DNA of 64,000 nt, taken from an uncultured Gemmatimonadales bacterium. GTDB taxonomy: Bacteria > Gemmatimonadota > Gemmatimonadetes > Gemmatimonadales > GWC2-71-9. Shown here in pieces: positions 39,596 to 48,507 of this stretch. Within the stretch, counting starts at the first letter, position 1; each line of letters begins with the position of its first letter. Under the pieces are notes generated by a model. That model saw only the letters and a program-made list of their open reading frames with translations, was not told where the DNA came from and searched no databases. The stretch spans positions 586,378-650,377 of the forward strand of contig CAWFGP010000001.1 of NCBI GenBank assembly GCA_963815515.1. Reading direction: 5' to 3'. The position numbers and the translations under genes were made by a program.

Positions 39596-39605
39596 GAGGG
39601 GGATT

Positions 39606-39968
39606 GTGAGCCATACAGTGCTCGTCTGCGATGACGCCATCTTCATGCGCACGATGATCAGCGACATCCTGACGCAGGCCGGGTTCGAGGTCGTGGGCGA
39701 GGCCGAGTCTGGCACCCAGGCGGTCGAGAAGTACCACGCGCTGAAGCCCGACCTGGTCACGATGGACATCGTCATGCCCGACATGGGCGGCATCGAGGCG
39801 GTCCGCGAGATCTGCAAGACCGACCCCGACGCCAAGATCCTGATGTGCAGTGCCATGGGCCAGCAGGCCCTGGTCGTCGAGGCCATCCAGGCCGGCGCCA
39901 AGGATTTCGTCGTGAAGCCGTTCCAGCCTTCCCGCGTGCTCGAGGCCGTCCAGCGCGTCCTGGGGTGA
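39606..39968 (+). CDS. cheY: chemotaxis response regulator CheY
   Basis: 120 aa. VLVCDDAIFMR...LVTMDIVMPDMGG...ILMCSAMG...AKDFVVKPF. Confidence 0.92.
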   Translation: MSHTVLVCDDAIFMRTMISDILTQAGFEVVGEAESGTQAVEKYHALKPDLVTMDIVMPDMGGIEAVREICKTDPDAKILMCSAMGQQALVVEAIQAGAKDFVVKPFQPSRVLEAVQRVLG

Positions 39969-39971
39969 CCG

Positions 39972-41852
39972 GTGGACGTTTCGAAGTACGCCGCGATCTT
40001 CCTGGCCGAGAGCCGGGAGCATCTGAGCAGCTGCAACCACTTGCTGCTCAAGTGGGAACGCGATCCCGCGGGCACCGACGCGGTCGGCGGCCTGTTCCGG
40101 TCGATTCACACGATCAAGGGCATGGCGGCCACGATGGGCTTTACCGGCGTGGCCGAGCTGGCGCACCGGATGGAGAGCCTGCTCGACGCCCTGCGGCAGG
40201 CGCGTCTCACGGCCGACGAGGCCACGTTCCAGCTGCTCTTCCGCGCGGTCGACGCCCTGGGCCAGGGCGTGGAGCAGGCGGCGGCCGGCCGGGAGCCTCC
40301 GCTGAACCTGGCGCTCGCGGCGGCGCTCGAGGCCGCGACCGGCGGCACTCCCATGAGCGCGCCGGTCTTCGAGCCGGGCGAGGCCGAGCCGCCCCGCCGC
40401 CGCGCGACCGACGGGCCCCGCGGCCGCTCGGTCCAGGTCGTGATCCGGCCCGACGCCGTGATGCGCGGGGCCCGCGCGATCCTGGCGGTCCGGCGGGCCG
40501 AAGTCCTCGGGCTGGTATCCGCGGTGCGGCCGTCGCTGGTGCAGCTGGAGCGCGAGGAGTTCGACGGCCGCCTCGGTTTCCGGATCGAGTCGCGGGCCAC
40601 CGAGGAGGAGCTCTCCGCGGCGATCCGCACCGCCGGCGAGGTGCAGCACGTCCGGTTCGAGGAGGCGGCGCCGGTCGAGGTGGACGGCGGCGCGGAGCGG
40701 CACCGTCAGATCCGGGTCGACCTCCGGCGGCTCGATCGCCTGATGAAGCAGGTCGGGGAGCTGGTCGTCGCCAAGAACCGCCTCGGCGTCCTGGCGACCG
40801 CGGGTGACGACCCCTCGCTCGCCGAGGTGAGCGACCGGATCGCCCGCCTGGTTTCGGGGATGCAGGCCGAGGTGATCGCGTCGCGGATGACGCCCGTCGG
40901 CGAGGTGTTCGAGCGCTTCCCCCGGCTGGTGCGGGACCTCGCGCGGGACCTCGGCAAGCGCATCCGCTTCGACCTCGAGGGTGAGGAGATCGAGCTCGAC
41001 CGGTCGATCCTCGACGAAATCGGCGATCCGCTGCTCCACCTGATCCGGAACGCGGCCGACCACGGCATCGAGGCGCCGGACGTCCGCGTCCGGGCCGGGA
41101 AGCCGCCCGAAGGCCGGATCCTGCTCGCCGCCACGCGCGAGCGGAACAACGTCACGCTGCGAGTGAGTGACGACGGACGGGGCATCGACCGCGCCGCCAT
41201 CGCGGCCAAGGCCCGCCGCGAGGGCGCGACGGACGTCGTGACCGCCCCGGGCGAGAGTGAGTCGGTGACCGACGACGTGCTGCTGCGGGTGCTCGCGCGG
41301 CCGGGGTTCAGCACCGCGGAGGAGGTGAGCGGCGTGTCGGGTCGCGGGGTGGGTGTGGACGTGGCGATGACCCGCGTCCGCCAGCTCGGCGGGACGATCG
41401 AGATCCGCTCGGAGATGGGGAAGGGGACGACCTTCCTGATCCGGGTGCCGCTCACGCTGGCCATCGTGCGCGCGCTGCTGGCGGACGCCGGCGGTGAGCG
41501 CTATGCGGTGCCGCTGGCCTACGTGGCCGAAACGGTGGAGTTCGATCCGCGAGCGGTCACCGCGCTCCGGAGCCGCGAGGCGCTGGTGGTGCGCGACCAG
41601 GTCATCCCGACCGTGCACCTGCGCGACCTCGTGGGCAGCCGCGGTCCCGCCGCGCCGACTCGGCGGCCGACGGTAATTCTGGAAGTCGGCGAGCGCCGCA
41701 CCGCGCTGGTGGTGGACGCCTTGGTGGGACAGCAGGATATCGTGGTCGCACCGTTCGACGCCCCGCGCGGCATGCCGCCGTACGTGGGCGGGGCGACGAT
41801 CCTCGCCGACGGCGCCCCGGCGCTCGTGCTCGACGCCGCAGCATTGCTGTAG
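39972..41852 (+). CDS. cheA: chemotaxis histidine kinase CheA
   Basis: Hpt LFRSIHTIKGMAATMGF, dimerisation IRVDLRRLDRLMKQVGELV, HATPase HLIRNAADHGIE...DDGRGID...SGRGVGVDV...GKGTTF, and a C-terminal CheW-like domain. Confidence 0.95.
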   Translation: MDVSKYAAIFLAESREHLSSCNHLLLKWERDPAGTDAVGGLFRSIHTIKGMAATMGFTGVAELAHRMESLLDALRQARLTADEATFQLLFRAVDALGQGVEQAAAGREPPLNLALAAALEAATGGTPMSAPVFEPGEAEPPRRRATDGPRGRSVQVVIRPDAVMRGARAILAVRRAEVLGLVSAVRPSLVQLEREEFDGRLGFRIESRATEEELSAAIRTAGEVQHVRFEEAAPVEVDGGAERHRQIRVDLRRLDRLMKQVGELVVAKNRLGVLATAGDDPSLAEVSDRIARLVSGMQAEVIASRMTPVGEVFERFPRLVRDLARDLGKRIRFDLEGEEIELDRSILDEIGDPLLHLIRNAADHGIEAPDVRVRAGKPPEGRILLAATRERNNVTLRVSDDGRGIDRAAIAAKARREGATDVVTAPGESESVTDDVLLRVLARPGFSTAEEVSGVSGRGVGVDVAMTRVRQLGGTIEIRSEMGKGTTFLIRVPLTLAIVRALLADAGGERYAVPLAYVAETVEFDPRAVTALRSREALVVRDQVIPTVHLRDLVGSRGPAAPTRRPTVILEVGERRTALVVDALVGQQDIVVAPFDAPRGMPPYVGGATILADGAPALVLDAAALL

Positions 41853-41863
41853 GGAGAGAGTTC

Positions 41864-42484
41864 ATGGAAGACGTGCGGGGTCTGAAGGAACTGCAGCTCG
41901 ACGCGTTGCGTGAGGTGGCCAACATCGGCGCCGGCCACGCCGCCACGGCGTTGTCGCAGATGACCAACCACACGATCATGATCGCCGTGCCCGAGGTCAA
42001 CGTGCGGCCGCTCGAGGAGGTGACCGACATGGTCGGCCGCCCCGACGAAGTGGTCGCCGCGGTCCTGATGCACATGATGGGCGATCTGACCGGCCGCACC
42101 CTGGTCCTCTTTCCGGAAGGGTCGGCTCGAACGCTGTGTGATATACTGTTCAGGCGGAGTGCCGGGACGACCGGCGAGTTCGGCCCGATGGAGCAGTCGG
42201 GGCTCAAGGAGGCGGGGAACATCCTCGCCAGCGCGTACATGAACGCGCTCAGCGACTTCATGGGCATGATGCTGGTGCCGTCGGTGCCCAGCCTGGTCAT
42301 CGACATCAGCGCCGCCATCCTCACCACCACGTACCTCAACTTCGGCCACGACCGCGACTTCGTCTTCTGCGTCGAGACGTCGTTCCGGGTCGAGGGCGCC
42401 GCGGAGCCGCTGCGCGGCCATTTCCTGCTCCTGCCCGACACACCGTCGCTCAGGGCCATTTTCGACGCCATCCGCCTGCACTGA
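41864..42484 (+). CDS. cheC: CheC-family CheY-P phosphatase
   Basis: LDALREVANIGAGHAATALSQM and SGLKEAGNILASAYMNALS are the duplicated CheC motifs (E-x2-N). Confidence 0.85.
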   Translation: MEDVRGLKELQLDALREVANIGAGHAATALSQMTNHTIMIAVPEVNVRPLEEVTDMVGRPDEVVAAVLMHMMGDLTGRTLVLFPEGSARTLCDILFRRSAGTTGEFGPMEQSGLKEAGNILASAYMNALSDFMGMMLVPSVPSLVIDISAAILTTTYLNFGHDRDFVFCVETSFRVEGAAEPLRGHFLLLPDTPSLRAIFDAIRLH

Positions 42485-42488
42485 TCCG

Positions 42489-45170
42489 ATGCCCGGGCCT
42501 GTCTTGTCGGAGCGCGATCTCGCCGTCCTGCGCTCCTTTGCCCGCCGGATCGACCCGTCCGACGCCGGCGCCCACAACAACCTGGGCGTCCTCTACTATC
42601 AGAAGGGGCTGATCGAGGACGCGATCACCGAGTTCGTCCGCGCGCTGGAGCTCGACCCGCGGATGCAGGTGGCGCAGACCAACCTCGACATCGCCTACCG
42701 CGAGAGCGGCCACTACGACCGCCGCGTGACCGACCTCAAGGAGCGCGTCCGCCGGCAGCCCGAGGATCGCGACGCGCGCTGGGAGCTCGCCCGCGCCCAC
42801 GCGGCCCTCGGCCGCCACGCCGAGGCGATTGCCGAGTTCCAGGCGCTGCTCGCCTGGCAGCCGAGCGACGTGCCGGCCATGCTGCAGCTCGGCCTCGCCG
42901 AGAAGGCGCGGGGCAACCTCGACACCGCCACGGATTGGCTCGCCCGCGCCTGCGCGCAGGACCCGGCGAGCGCGGTGGCGCGTTTCTATCATGGCGAGGT
43001 GCTCTACAACCGGGGCCTCAACGAGCCGGCGCTCGACGCCCTGCGCCAGGCGATCGAGCGCAACCCCGACTACGCCGAGGCGCACTACCTCCTGGCCTTC
43101 GTGTACGGGGACATGGGCCGGCACGAGGACGCTCGCGAGGCCACCAAGCGCGCCATCAAGCTGAATCCGACCCTGGCCCGGGCACAGGCCAACCTCGCGC
43201 TCGATCGCTACCCCCAGAACGGCACCCATGCGGGCGCGCGCACGGCCGACCGCCCCCAGATCGTCGAGGGCGGCGCGCTCGCCCACTACAATCTCGGCCT
43301 GGCCTTCCGGCAGAAGGGCCTGCACGAGGAGGCGCTGCGCGAGTACCGGCTGGCGCTCGACGCCGGCGAAGACCGGCGCATGACGCTCCAGGCCATGGCC
43401 GAGGTCCATCTCCTGCGCCGCGAGCTGCCGGCCGCGCTCGAGCTCTACGACGCGCTGGTCCGCGAGTTCGCCGACTCGCCGAAGCTCTGGAACGAGCGGG
43501 GCGTGTGCCTCCACCAGGCGGGGCGCCGGGCCGAGGCGATCGCGTCGTACGAGCGCGCCGTAGGCGTCGACCCGGGGTACCAGCTCGCCTGGAACAATCT
43601 CGGCGTCATCCGGGCGGGCGACGCGGGCGAGGCCGGCATCGCCGCCTTCCGCCGGGCGCTCGACGGCGAGCGGCCGCTGTTCGCGGCTCGGCTCAACCTG
43701 GGCCTCCTGTTTCTGCAGCGCCACCAGCTCCGGGCGGCGCTCGAAGAGTACCAGGGCGCCCTCGCGGAGCAGAGCGGAAGCGCCGTGGGGTGGAACGGCG
43801 TGGGCCTGGTGCTCATGGAGCTCCGCCGGTTCGAGGACGCGCGCAACGCGTTCGGCCGCGCGGTGGACGCCGACCCGGCCATGGCCGGCGCGCGCTACAA
43901 CCTGAGCTTCATCCTGAGCCAGCTCGGCGACTTCGACGGCGCGCTCAGGGAGACCCGCCGCGCGCTCGAGCTCGAGCCGCTGTACGTCCCCCAGAAGTTC
44001 TCCCTCACGATCGATCTCCAGTACGAGGATCCGACGATCGCGATCGCGCCCGAGCTGGCCGCCGAGGTGGGCGGGGACCAGCTCGCGGGTGAGTTCGCCT
44101 TCGATCCGCCGGCGCTGGATCAGCTCTTCGCCGAGCTGGCTCCCGATGCGCCGCCACCCGGCGCGCACACCGTTGCGGGCGACGCACTCGACCTCGCCCG
44201 GGATTACATCGCGAAGGGACTGCTCGACCTGGCCTCGGCCGAGCTGAGCCGGGCCGCCGCCCGCGGCGCGCCGCACGGCGCCACCGCGGTCCTCCTGGGC
44301 GACATCTTCGCCAAGCGCGGCCTCTACGGCGAAGCGCTCGAGCGCTACCGGGCCGCCCGCGCCGCCGCGCCCGACGATCCCGACGCCACGCTCGGCGAGA
44401 TCCGCGCGCTCCTGTCCCTGGGCTGGGCGGGCGACGCGGCCCCGCTGGCCGACGAGCTCGCGCGCCGCGTGCGCGGCGACGTCGAGGTGCTCGTGGCGCG
44501 GGCGCGCGTGCGCCTGGCCGTGGGTGATGCGCTCGGCGCGCTCGACTGCATTCGCGAGGCGCAGACCCTCGCCCCGGGCCGGCCCGACCTCTTCCATCTC
44601 CAGGCCCAGGTCTCCGCCCGGCTCGGCGACCGCACCGCCGCCCTTGCCGCGTTCAACGCCGCGCTGCACCTCGATCCGTCGCTGGTGCGCGTGTGGTTCG
44701 AGCTCGGCGGAATCGAGGAGGAGCGCGGCAACTGGCCGGCGGCGCGTTCGGCCTACGAGCGCGCGCTCGACCTCCTGCCCACCTACGGCGCCGCGGCATT
44801 GGCGCTGGCCGAGCTGCTGCGGCGCACCGAGACGCCGCGCGCGGCTGTCCACGTGCTCGTCCGCCTGCTCGAGGCGGATCCCTACGAGCTCGAGGCGCTC
44901 ACCGCGCTCGGCCGCGCGCTGCTCGAGGATGGCCGCACCGCCCAGGCGCTCGAGGCGTTCGAGCGCGTGCTGCGGTTCGACCCAGAGCATGCCGGGGCGC
45001 TCTACCACGAGGGCGCGGCGCTCGCCCGCCAGCGGCAGTTCGACCAGGCCGTGCAGGCGTGGGAGCGGGTCGTGCAGCTCGATCCGGGCGGACCGTACGC
45101 CTCGCAGGCGCGGTCCCGTGCGCGCTCCGCGCGCGATCTCCAGCACATCTTCGCGGCTTCGGCGGGCTAG
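42489..45170 (+). CDS. large TPR-repeat protein (893 aa)
   Basis: Repeated 34-aa units throughout, e.g. AHNNLGVLYYQKGLIEDAITEFVRALELDP and AHYLLAFVYGDMGRHEDAREATKRAIKLNP. Confidence 0.85.
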   Translation: MPGPVLSERDLAVLRSFARRIDPSDAGAHNNLGVLYYQKGLIEDAITEFVRALELDPRMQVAQTNLDIAYRESGHYDRRVTDLKERVRRQPEDRDARWELARAHAALGRHAEAIAEFQALLAWQPSDVPAMLQLGLAEKARGNLDTATDWLARACAQDPASAVARFYHGEVLYNRGLNEPALDALRQAIERNPDYAEAHYLLAFVYGDMGRHEDAREATKRAIKLNPTLARAQANLALDRYPQNGTHAGARTADRPQIVEGGALAHYNLGLAFRQKGLHEEALREYRLALDAGEDRRMTLQAMAEVHLLRRELPAALELYDALVREFADSPKLWNERGVCLHQAGRRAEAIASYERAVGVDPGYQLAWNNLGVIRAGDAGEAGIAAFRRALDGERPLFAARLNLGLLFLQRHQLRAALEEYQGALAEQSGSAVGWNGVGLVLMELRRFEDARNAFGRAVDADPAMAGARYNLSFILSQLGDFDGALRETRRALELEPLYVPQKFSLTIDLQYEDPTIAIAPELAAEVGGDQLAGEFAFDPPALDQLFAELAPDAPPPGAHTVAGDALDLARDYIAKGLLDLASAELSRAAARGAPHGATAVLLGDIFAKRGLYGEALERYRAARAAAPDDPDATLGEIRALLSLGWAGDAAPLADELARRVRGDVEVLVARARVRLAVGDALGALDCIREAQTLAPGRPDLFHLQAQVSARLGDRTAALAAFNAALHLDPSLVRVWFELGGIEEERGNWPAARSAYERALDLLPTYGAAALALAELLRRTETPRAAVHVLVRLLEADPYELEALTALGRALLEDGRTAQALEAFERVLRFDPEHAGALYHEGAALARQRQFDQAVQAWERVVQLDPGGPYASQARSRARSARDLQHIFAASAG

Positions 45171-45173
45171 CCC

Positions 45174-46223
45174 GTGGCGCTCGAGGGCACGCTCAAGGAC
45201 CTGCACATTCAGGACGTCTTCCAGCTGCTCGACCTGGGCCGGAAGAGCGGCGTCCTGCGCGTCACGTCCGAGCTGCGGCAGACCGCCGGCACGGTCTGCT
45301 TCGACCGGGGTGGCGTGGTGGCCGCGGCGGTCGGGAGCGACCCGCAGCCGCTCGGGACGCGCCTCATCCGCGCGGGCCGCATCACCGCGGCCGACCTCGA
45401 CCGCGCGCGCGGCATGCAGAACGGCGGCGACGGACGCCGCCTGGGCGACATCCTCCTGGAGCTCGGCGTGGTCACCCGCCGCGAGCTCGACCGCCAGCTC
45501 AAGGCCCAGATCGAGGAAGCGGTGTTCGAGCTGCTGCGCTGGTCGGAGGGCTACTTCCGCTTCGAGGAAGGGGCGCCGTACCACGCGGCGGTGGAGTCGC
45601 CGGTGCGCTTTCCGACCGAGGCGCTGTTGATGGAGGCGGCGCGGCGGATCGACGAATGGTCGCGCATCGGCTCGAAGGTGTCGCACCTGCGCCTGGTGCC
45701 GCGGCTGCCGCCGCCCGAGCAGCAGGGCACCGACACCCTCGACCTGGTCCCCTTCGAGTGGGAAGTGCTGGCCGCCATGGACGGCTCGCGCGATCTCCAC
45801 TCGCTCGCCGAGGTGCTGGGCCGCTCGGAGTTCGAGGTGGCGCGGACGGTGTACGGCCTGACGAACGCCGGCATCGTCGTGCTCGACGATCCGGCGCATC
45901 CCGGCGAGGAAGCCGAGCCTGGCCGCGACCTGGCGGCGCTGCTCGTGCCGGCGCGCGAGGCGCTGGCGCAGAGGCAGTATGATCTGGCCGCCGGCGCTCT
46001 CGAGGAGCTGCTCCGGGCCGACCCGCTCATGCCGGAGGCGTGGCGGCTGCTCGGTGTCTGCTACGCGGCGCTCGGCCGCCACAGCGAGGCGCTCGACTGC
46101 TGGGCCTCGTGGAGCCGCCTCGGGACCCGGACGCCCGGCGAGGAGTCGGAGAGCGCCACGGTGGAGCACCTGCGCCAGTCGGTGGAGACGATTCTGAAGG
46201 AGCTGGAGCGCTATCGTGACTGA
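45174..46223 (+). CDS. PATAN/DUF4388-domain protein with C-terminal TPR
   Basis: N-terminus LEGTLKDLHIQDVFQLLDLGRKSGVLRV...GTVCFDRGGVV...LGDILLELGVVTRRELD...EEAVFELLRWSEGYFRFEEG is the DUF4388 pattern. Confidence 0.75.
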   Translation: MALEGTLKDLHIQDVFQLLDLGRKSGVLRVTSELRQTAGTVCFDRGGVVAAAVGSDPQPLGTRLIRAGRITAADLDRARGMQNGGDGRRLGDILLELGVVTRRELDRQLKAQIEEAVFELLRWSEGYFRFEEGAPYHAAVESPVRFPTEALLMEAARRIDEWSRIGSKVSHLRLVPRLPPPEQQGTDTLDLVPFEWEVLAAMDGSRDLHSLAEVLGRSEFEVARTVYGLTNAGIVVLDDPAHPGEEAEPGRDLAALLVPAREALAQRQYDLAAGALEELLRADPLMPEAWRLLGVCYAALGRHSEALDCWASWSRLGTRTPGEESESATVEHLRQSVETILKELERYRD

Positions 46224-47091
46224 CGACATCCGCGCGCTGACGACCAGGATGGCCGAGGAGCCCGGGAGCCTCGCGTTCCTCGAGCTCGCCGAGGCGCTCC
46301 GCCGCCGGGGCCAATTGGAGGCCGCGTTCAAGGTGGCGCGTGGCGGGCTGTCCCGGTATCCGGGTCTCGCCGACGCGCACGATCTCATGGCACGGGTGCT
46401 GAGCGACCAGGGCGACCTGGCCGGCGCCTTCGACGCCTGGTCCTCGGTCCTGCAGCTCGATCCGATGCGGACCAGCGCGCTCAAGGGGATCGCGTTCCTC
46501 TATTTCCGCGCGGGCGATACCGCCGCGGCACTCGATCACCTCCAGCGCGCCATGGACGTCGACCCCGACGATCCGAGCATCCGACAGGCGCTTGGACGGA
46601 TCGGTGCCACGCGGTCGGAGCCGGCAGCCGTGCAGGAGGCCGCCACGGGCCCGTCATCGCGAGCGACGGGTCTGCCGTCGCGAGAGTCGGCCGCGGGTGC
46701 CGAGGCGCCGTCCGCACCGGCGTCCGCCGGACGCGCGGCCGGCCCCTTCGACGGCATCGATGGCGGGGAGCGCGGCCTGCTCCTGGTCGACGCCAATGGC
46801 CTCCGCCTGGGGGGCGCGCTGGCATCGGCTGACGGCGAGGAGGCAGGCGATCGGGTCGCGGCGCAGCTGGCCGGCGTCTCGCGGGAGGCGGCCCGGGCCA
46901 CGCGGCTCCTCGGCCTCGGAAGCTGGCACGCCATCGCGATCGAATGTCCCGACGGACACCTCGTGCTGGCGCAGTCCAGCGCGGACACCGTGCTGCTCGC
47001 GAGCCGCGATCACTCGATTCCGATCGGCCGGGTGGGGCTCCTGGCCGAGCGCGCGGCGCGGGCCGCCCGCGCGTGGCTGGAGACTCAGTGA
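46216..47091 (+). CDS. TPR + Roadblock/LC7-domain protein
   Basis: The N-terminal ~125 aa are TPR (FLELAEALRRRGQLEAAFKVARGGLSRYP...), followed by an Ala/Ser/Pro linker. C-terminus GLLLVDANGLRLGGAL...AAQLAGVSREA...WHAIAIECPDGHLVLAQSSADTVLLASRD is a Roadblock pattern. Confidence 0.65.
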   Translation: MTDDIRALTTRMAEEPGSLAFLELAEALRRRGQLEAAFKVARGGLSRYPGLADAHDLMARVLSDQGDLAGAFDAWSSVLQLDPMRTSALKGIAFLYFRAGDTAAALDHLQRAMDVDPDDPSIRQALGRIGATRSEPAAVQEAATGPSSRATGLPSRESAAGAEAPSAPASAGRAAGPFDGIDGGERGLLLVDANGLRLGGALASADGEEAGDRVAAQLAGVSREAARATRLLGLGSWHAIAIECPDGHLVLAQSSADTVLLASRDHSIPIGRVGLLAERAARAARAWLETQ

Positions 47092-47438
47092 TGACGACGA
47101 CCCAGGACGCGCTCGACCGCGTGACGCGCGTGCCCGGTGTCCGCGGCGCGCTGGTCGTGGGAGCGACGGACGGCCTGGTCGTGGCGCAGCAGCTCATGGA
47201 CGGCATCGACGGCCAGGCGGCCGCCGCGCTCACGGGGAGCCTGGTGAGCCGGCTCGGGCGGACCGCCGAGAGCGCCGGGCTACGCCCCCCGGCCTTCGTC
47301 CAGCTCCGTGGCGAAGCGGGCAGCATTCTCGCGGCCCCCGGGCCCGACGACCTGGTGCTCGTCGCGGTCGTCGGGCCGGATGCCAACCTGGGCCTCGCCC
47401 GGCTGGAGATGATCGAGGCGGCGGGACGGCTGGCCTGA
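47091..47438 (+). CDS. Roadblock/LC7-domain protein (MglB-like)
   Basis: 115 aa. LDRVTRVPGVRGALVVGATDGLVVAQQL...AAALTGSLVSRL...VQLRGEAGSILAAPGPDDLVLVAVVGPDANLGLARLEM. The ATG overlaps the upstream TGA. Confidence 0.75.
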   Translation: MTTTQDALDRVTRVPGVRGALVVGATDGLVVAQQLMDGIDGQAAAALTGSLVSRLGRTAESAGLRPPAFVQLRGEAGSILAAPGPDDLVLVAVVGPDANLGLARLEMIEAAGRLA

Positions 47439-47899
47439 TGCGGGCACTCGAGCCCTGGGTGGTGCAGCCGCTGGAGACCTTCCTCGCCGAGAGCGCGGCC
47501 CGGCTCACGCTGCTCATGACCTCGTCGGGGCAGGTCGTGGCGCAGCACGGCTTCAGCCGCTCGCTCGACGTCATGACCGCGGCGGCCCTGGGCGCCGCCA
47601 TCGTGGCCTCGACCGAGGAGCTGGCCCGCCTGATGGGCGCCTCGGGATTCGAGGCGCTGGTGCACAACGGCCAGCGCCAGAGCTGCCTGCTTGCCGCCTT
47701 CGCCACGCCGCGCGGCCGCTGGATCGGCCTGGTGGTGTTCGGGCCCGAGACGTCGGTGGGGATCGTGCGGCTGTTCTTCGACCAGATGGTTCAGCAACTC
47801 GCCGCCGTCGCGCCGCGGGAACAGCCGCAGGTCCCGATGTTGGCGGAGAACTTCGAGACCGAGCTCGACGCCAGCCTCAAAGCTCTCTTCGGACGGTAA
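47438..47899 (+). CDS. Roadblock/LC7-like protein (third paralogue)
   Basis: 153 aa. ARLTLLMTSSGQVVAQHGFSRSLDVMTAAALGAAIVAST...LVHNGQRQSCLLAAFATPRGRWIGLVVFGPETSVGIVRLFF. The ATG overlaps the upstream TGA. Confidence 0.6.
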   Translation: MRALEPWVVQPLETFLAESAARLTLLMTSSGQVVAQHGFSRSLDVMTAAALGAAIVASTEELARLMGASGFEALVHNGQRQSCLLAAFATPRGRWIGLVVFGPETSVGIVRLFFDQMVQQLAAVAPREQPQVPMLAENFETELDASLKALFGR

Positions 47900-47904
47900 C
47901 CGGC

Positions 47905-48507
47905 ATGTCTCTCGTCAACTTCACCGCGCGCGAGATCACCTGCAAGCTCGTGTACTACGGACCGGGGCGGTCCGGCAAGACCACGAACCTGCAGTACGTC
48001 TACGGACGGGTGCCCGAGAGCCGGCGCGGGCGGATGGTCTCGCTCGCGACGCAGACGGACCGCACCCTGTTCTTCGACTTCCTGCCGCTGGAGCTGGGGA
48101 CGATCTCCGGGTTCACCACCAAGTTCCAGCTCTACACCGTCCCGGGCCAGAGCTACTACAACGCCACACGCAAGCTGGTGCTCCAGGGCGCGGACGGCGT
48201 CGTCTTCGTGGGCGACAGCCAGGCGCGCCGGTTCGACGACAACCTCGAGAGCCTGCAGAATCTGCAGGACAATCTGCTGGCGCAGGGCGTCGACATCCGC
48301 CAGCTCCCGGTCGTCTTCCAGTACAACAAGCAGGACCTGCCGCGCGACCTGATCCTCTCGCACGACGAGATGGACGACGCCCTCAACTTCCGCGCGGTCC
48401 CGAGCTATCCGGCGGACGCGCTGCACGGGACCGGGGTGTTCGAGACCCTGCGCAGCATCTCGGAGCTGGTGCTCAAGCGCCTGGCGGTGGGGAGCCCGGT
48501 CGCGTGA
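47905..48507 (+). CDS. mglA: MglA-type Ras-like small GTPase
   Basis: Near-collinear with the Myxococcus MglA sequence as I remember it. REITCKLVYYGPGRSGKTTNLQYVY (P-loop), TDRTLFFDFLPLELG (switch I), FQLYTVPGQSYYNATRKL (switch II PGQ) and FQYNKQDLP (NKxD). Confidence 0.92.
   Translation: MSLVNFTAREITCKLVYYGPGRSGKTTNLQYVYGRVPESRRGRMVSLATQTDRTLFFDFLPLELGTISGFTTKFQLYTVPGQSYYNATRKLVLQGADGVVFVGDSQARRFDDNLESLQNLQDNLLAQGVDIRQLPVVFQYNKQDLPRDLILSHDEMDDALNFRAVPSYPADALHGTGVFETLRSISELVLKRLAVGSPVA

Noticed and set aside
42450-46484. Very long (1344-aa) minus-strand ORF covering the TPR and PATAN genes
   Set aside because: It is antisense to genes with clear repeat and domain signatures. Its translation is Arg/Gly/Ala/Pro/His-rich with no motifs. 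Long stop-free antisense frames are expected at this GC content.
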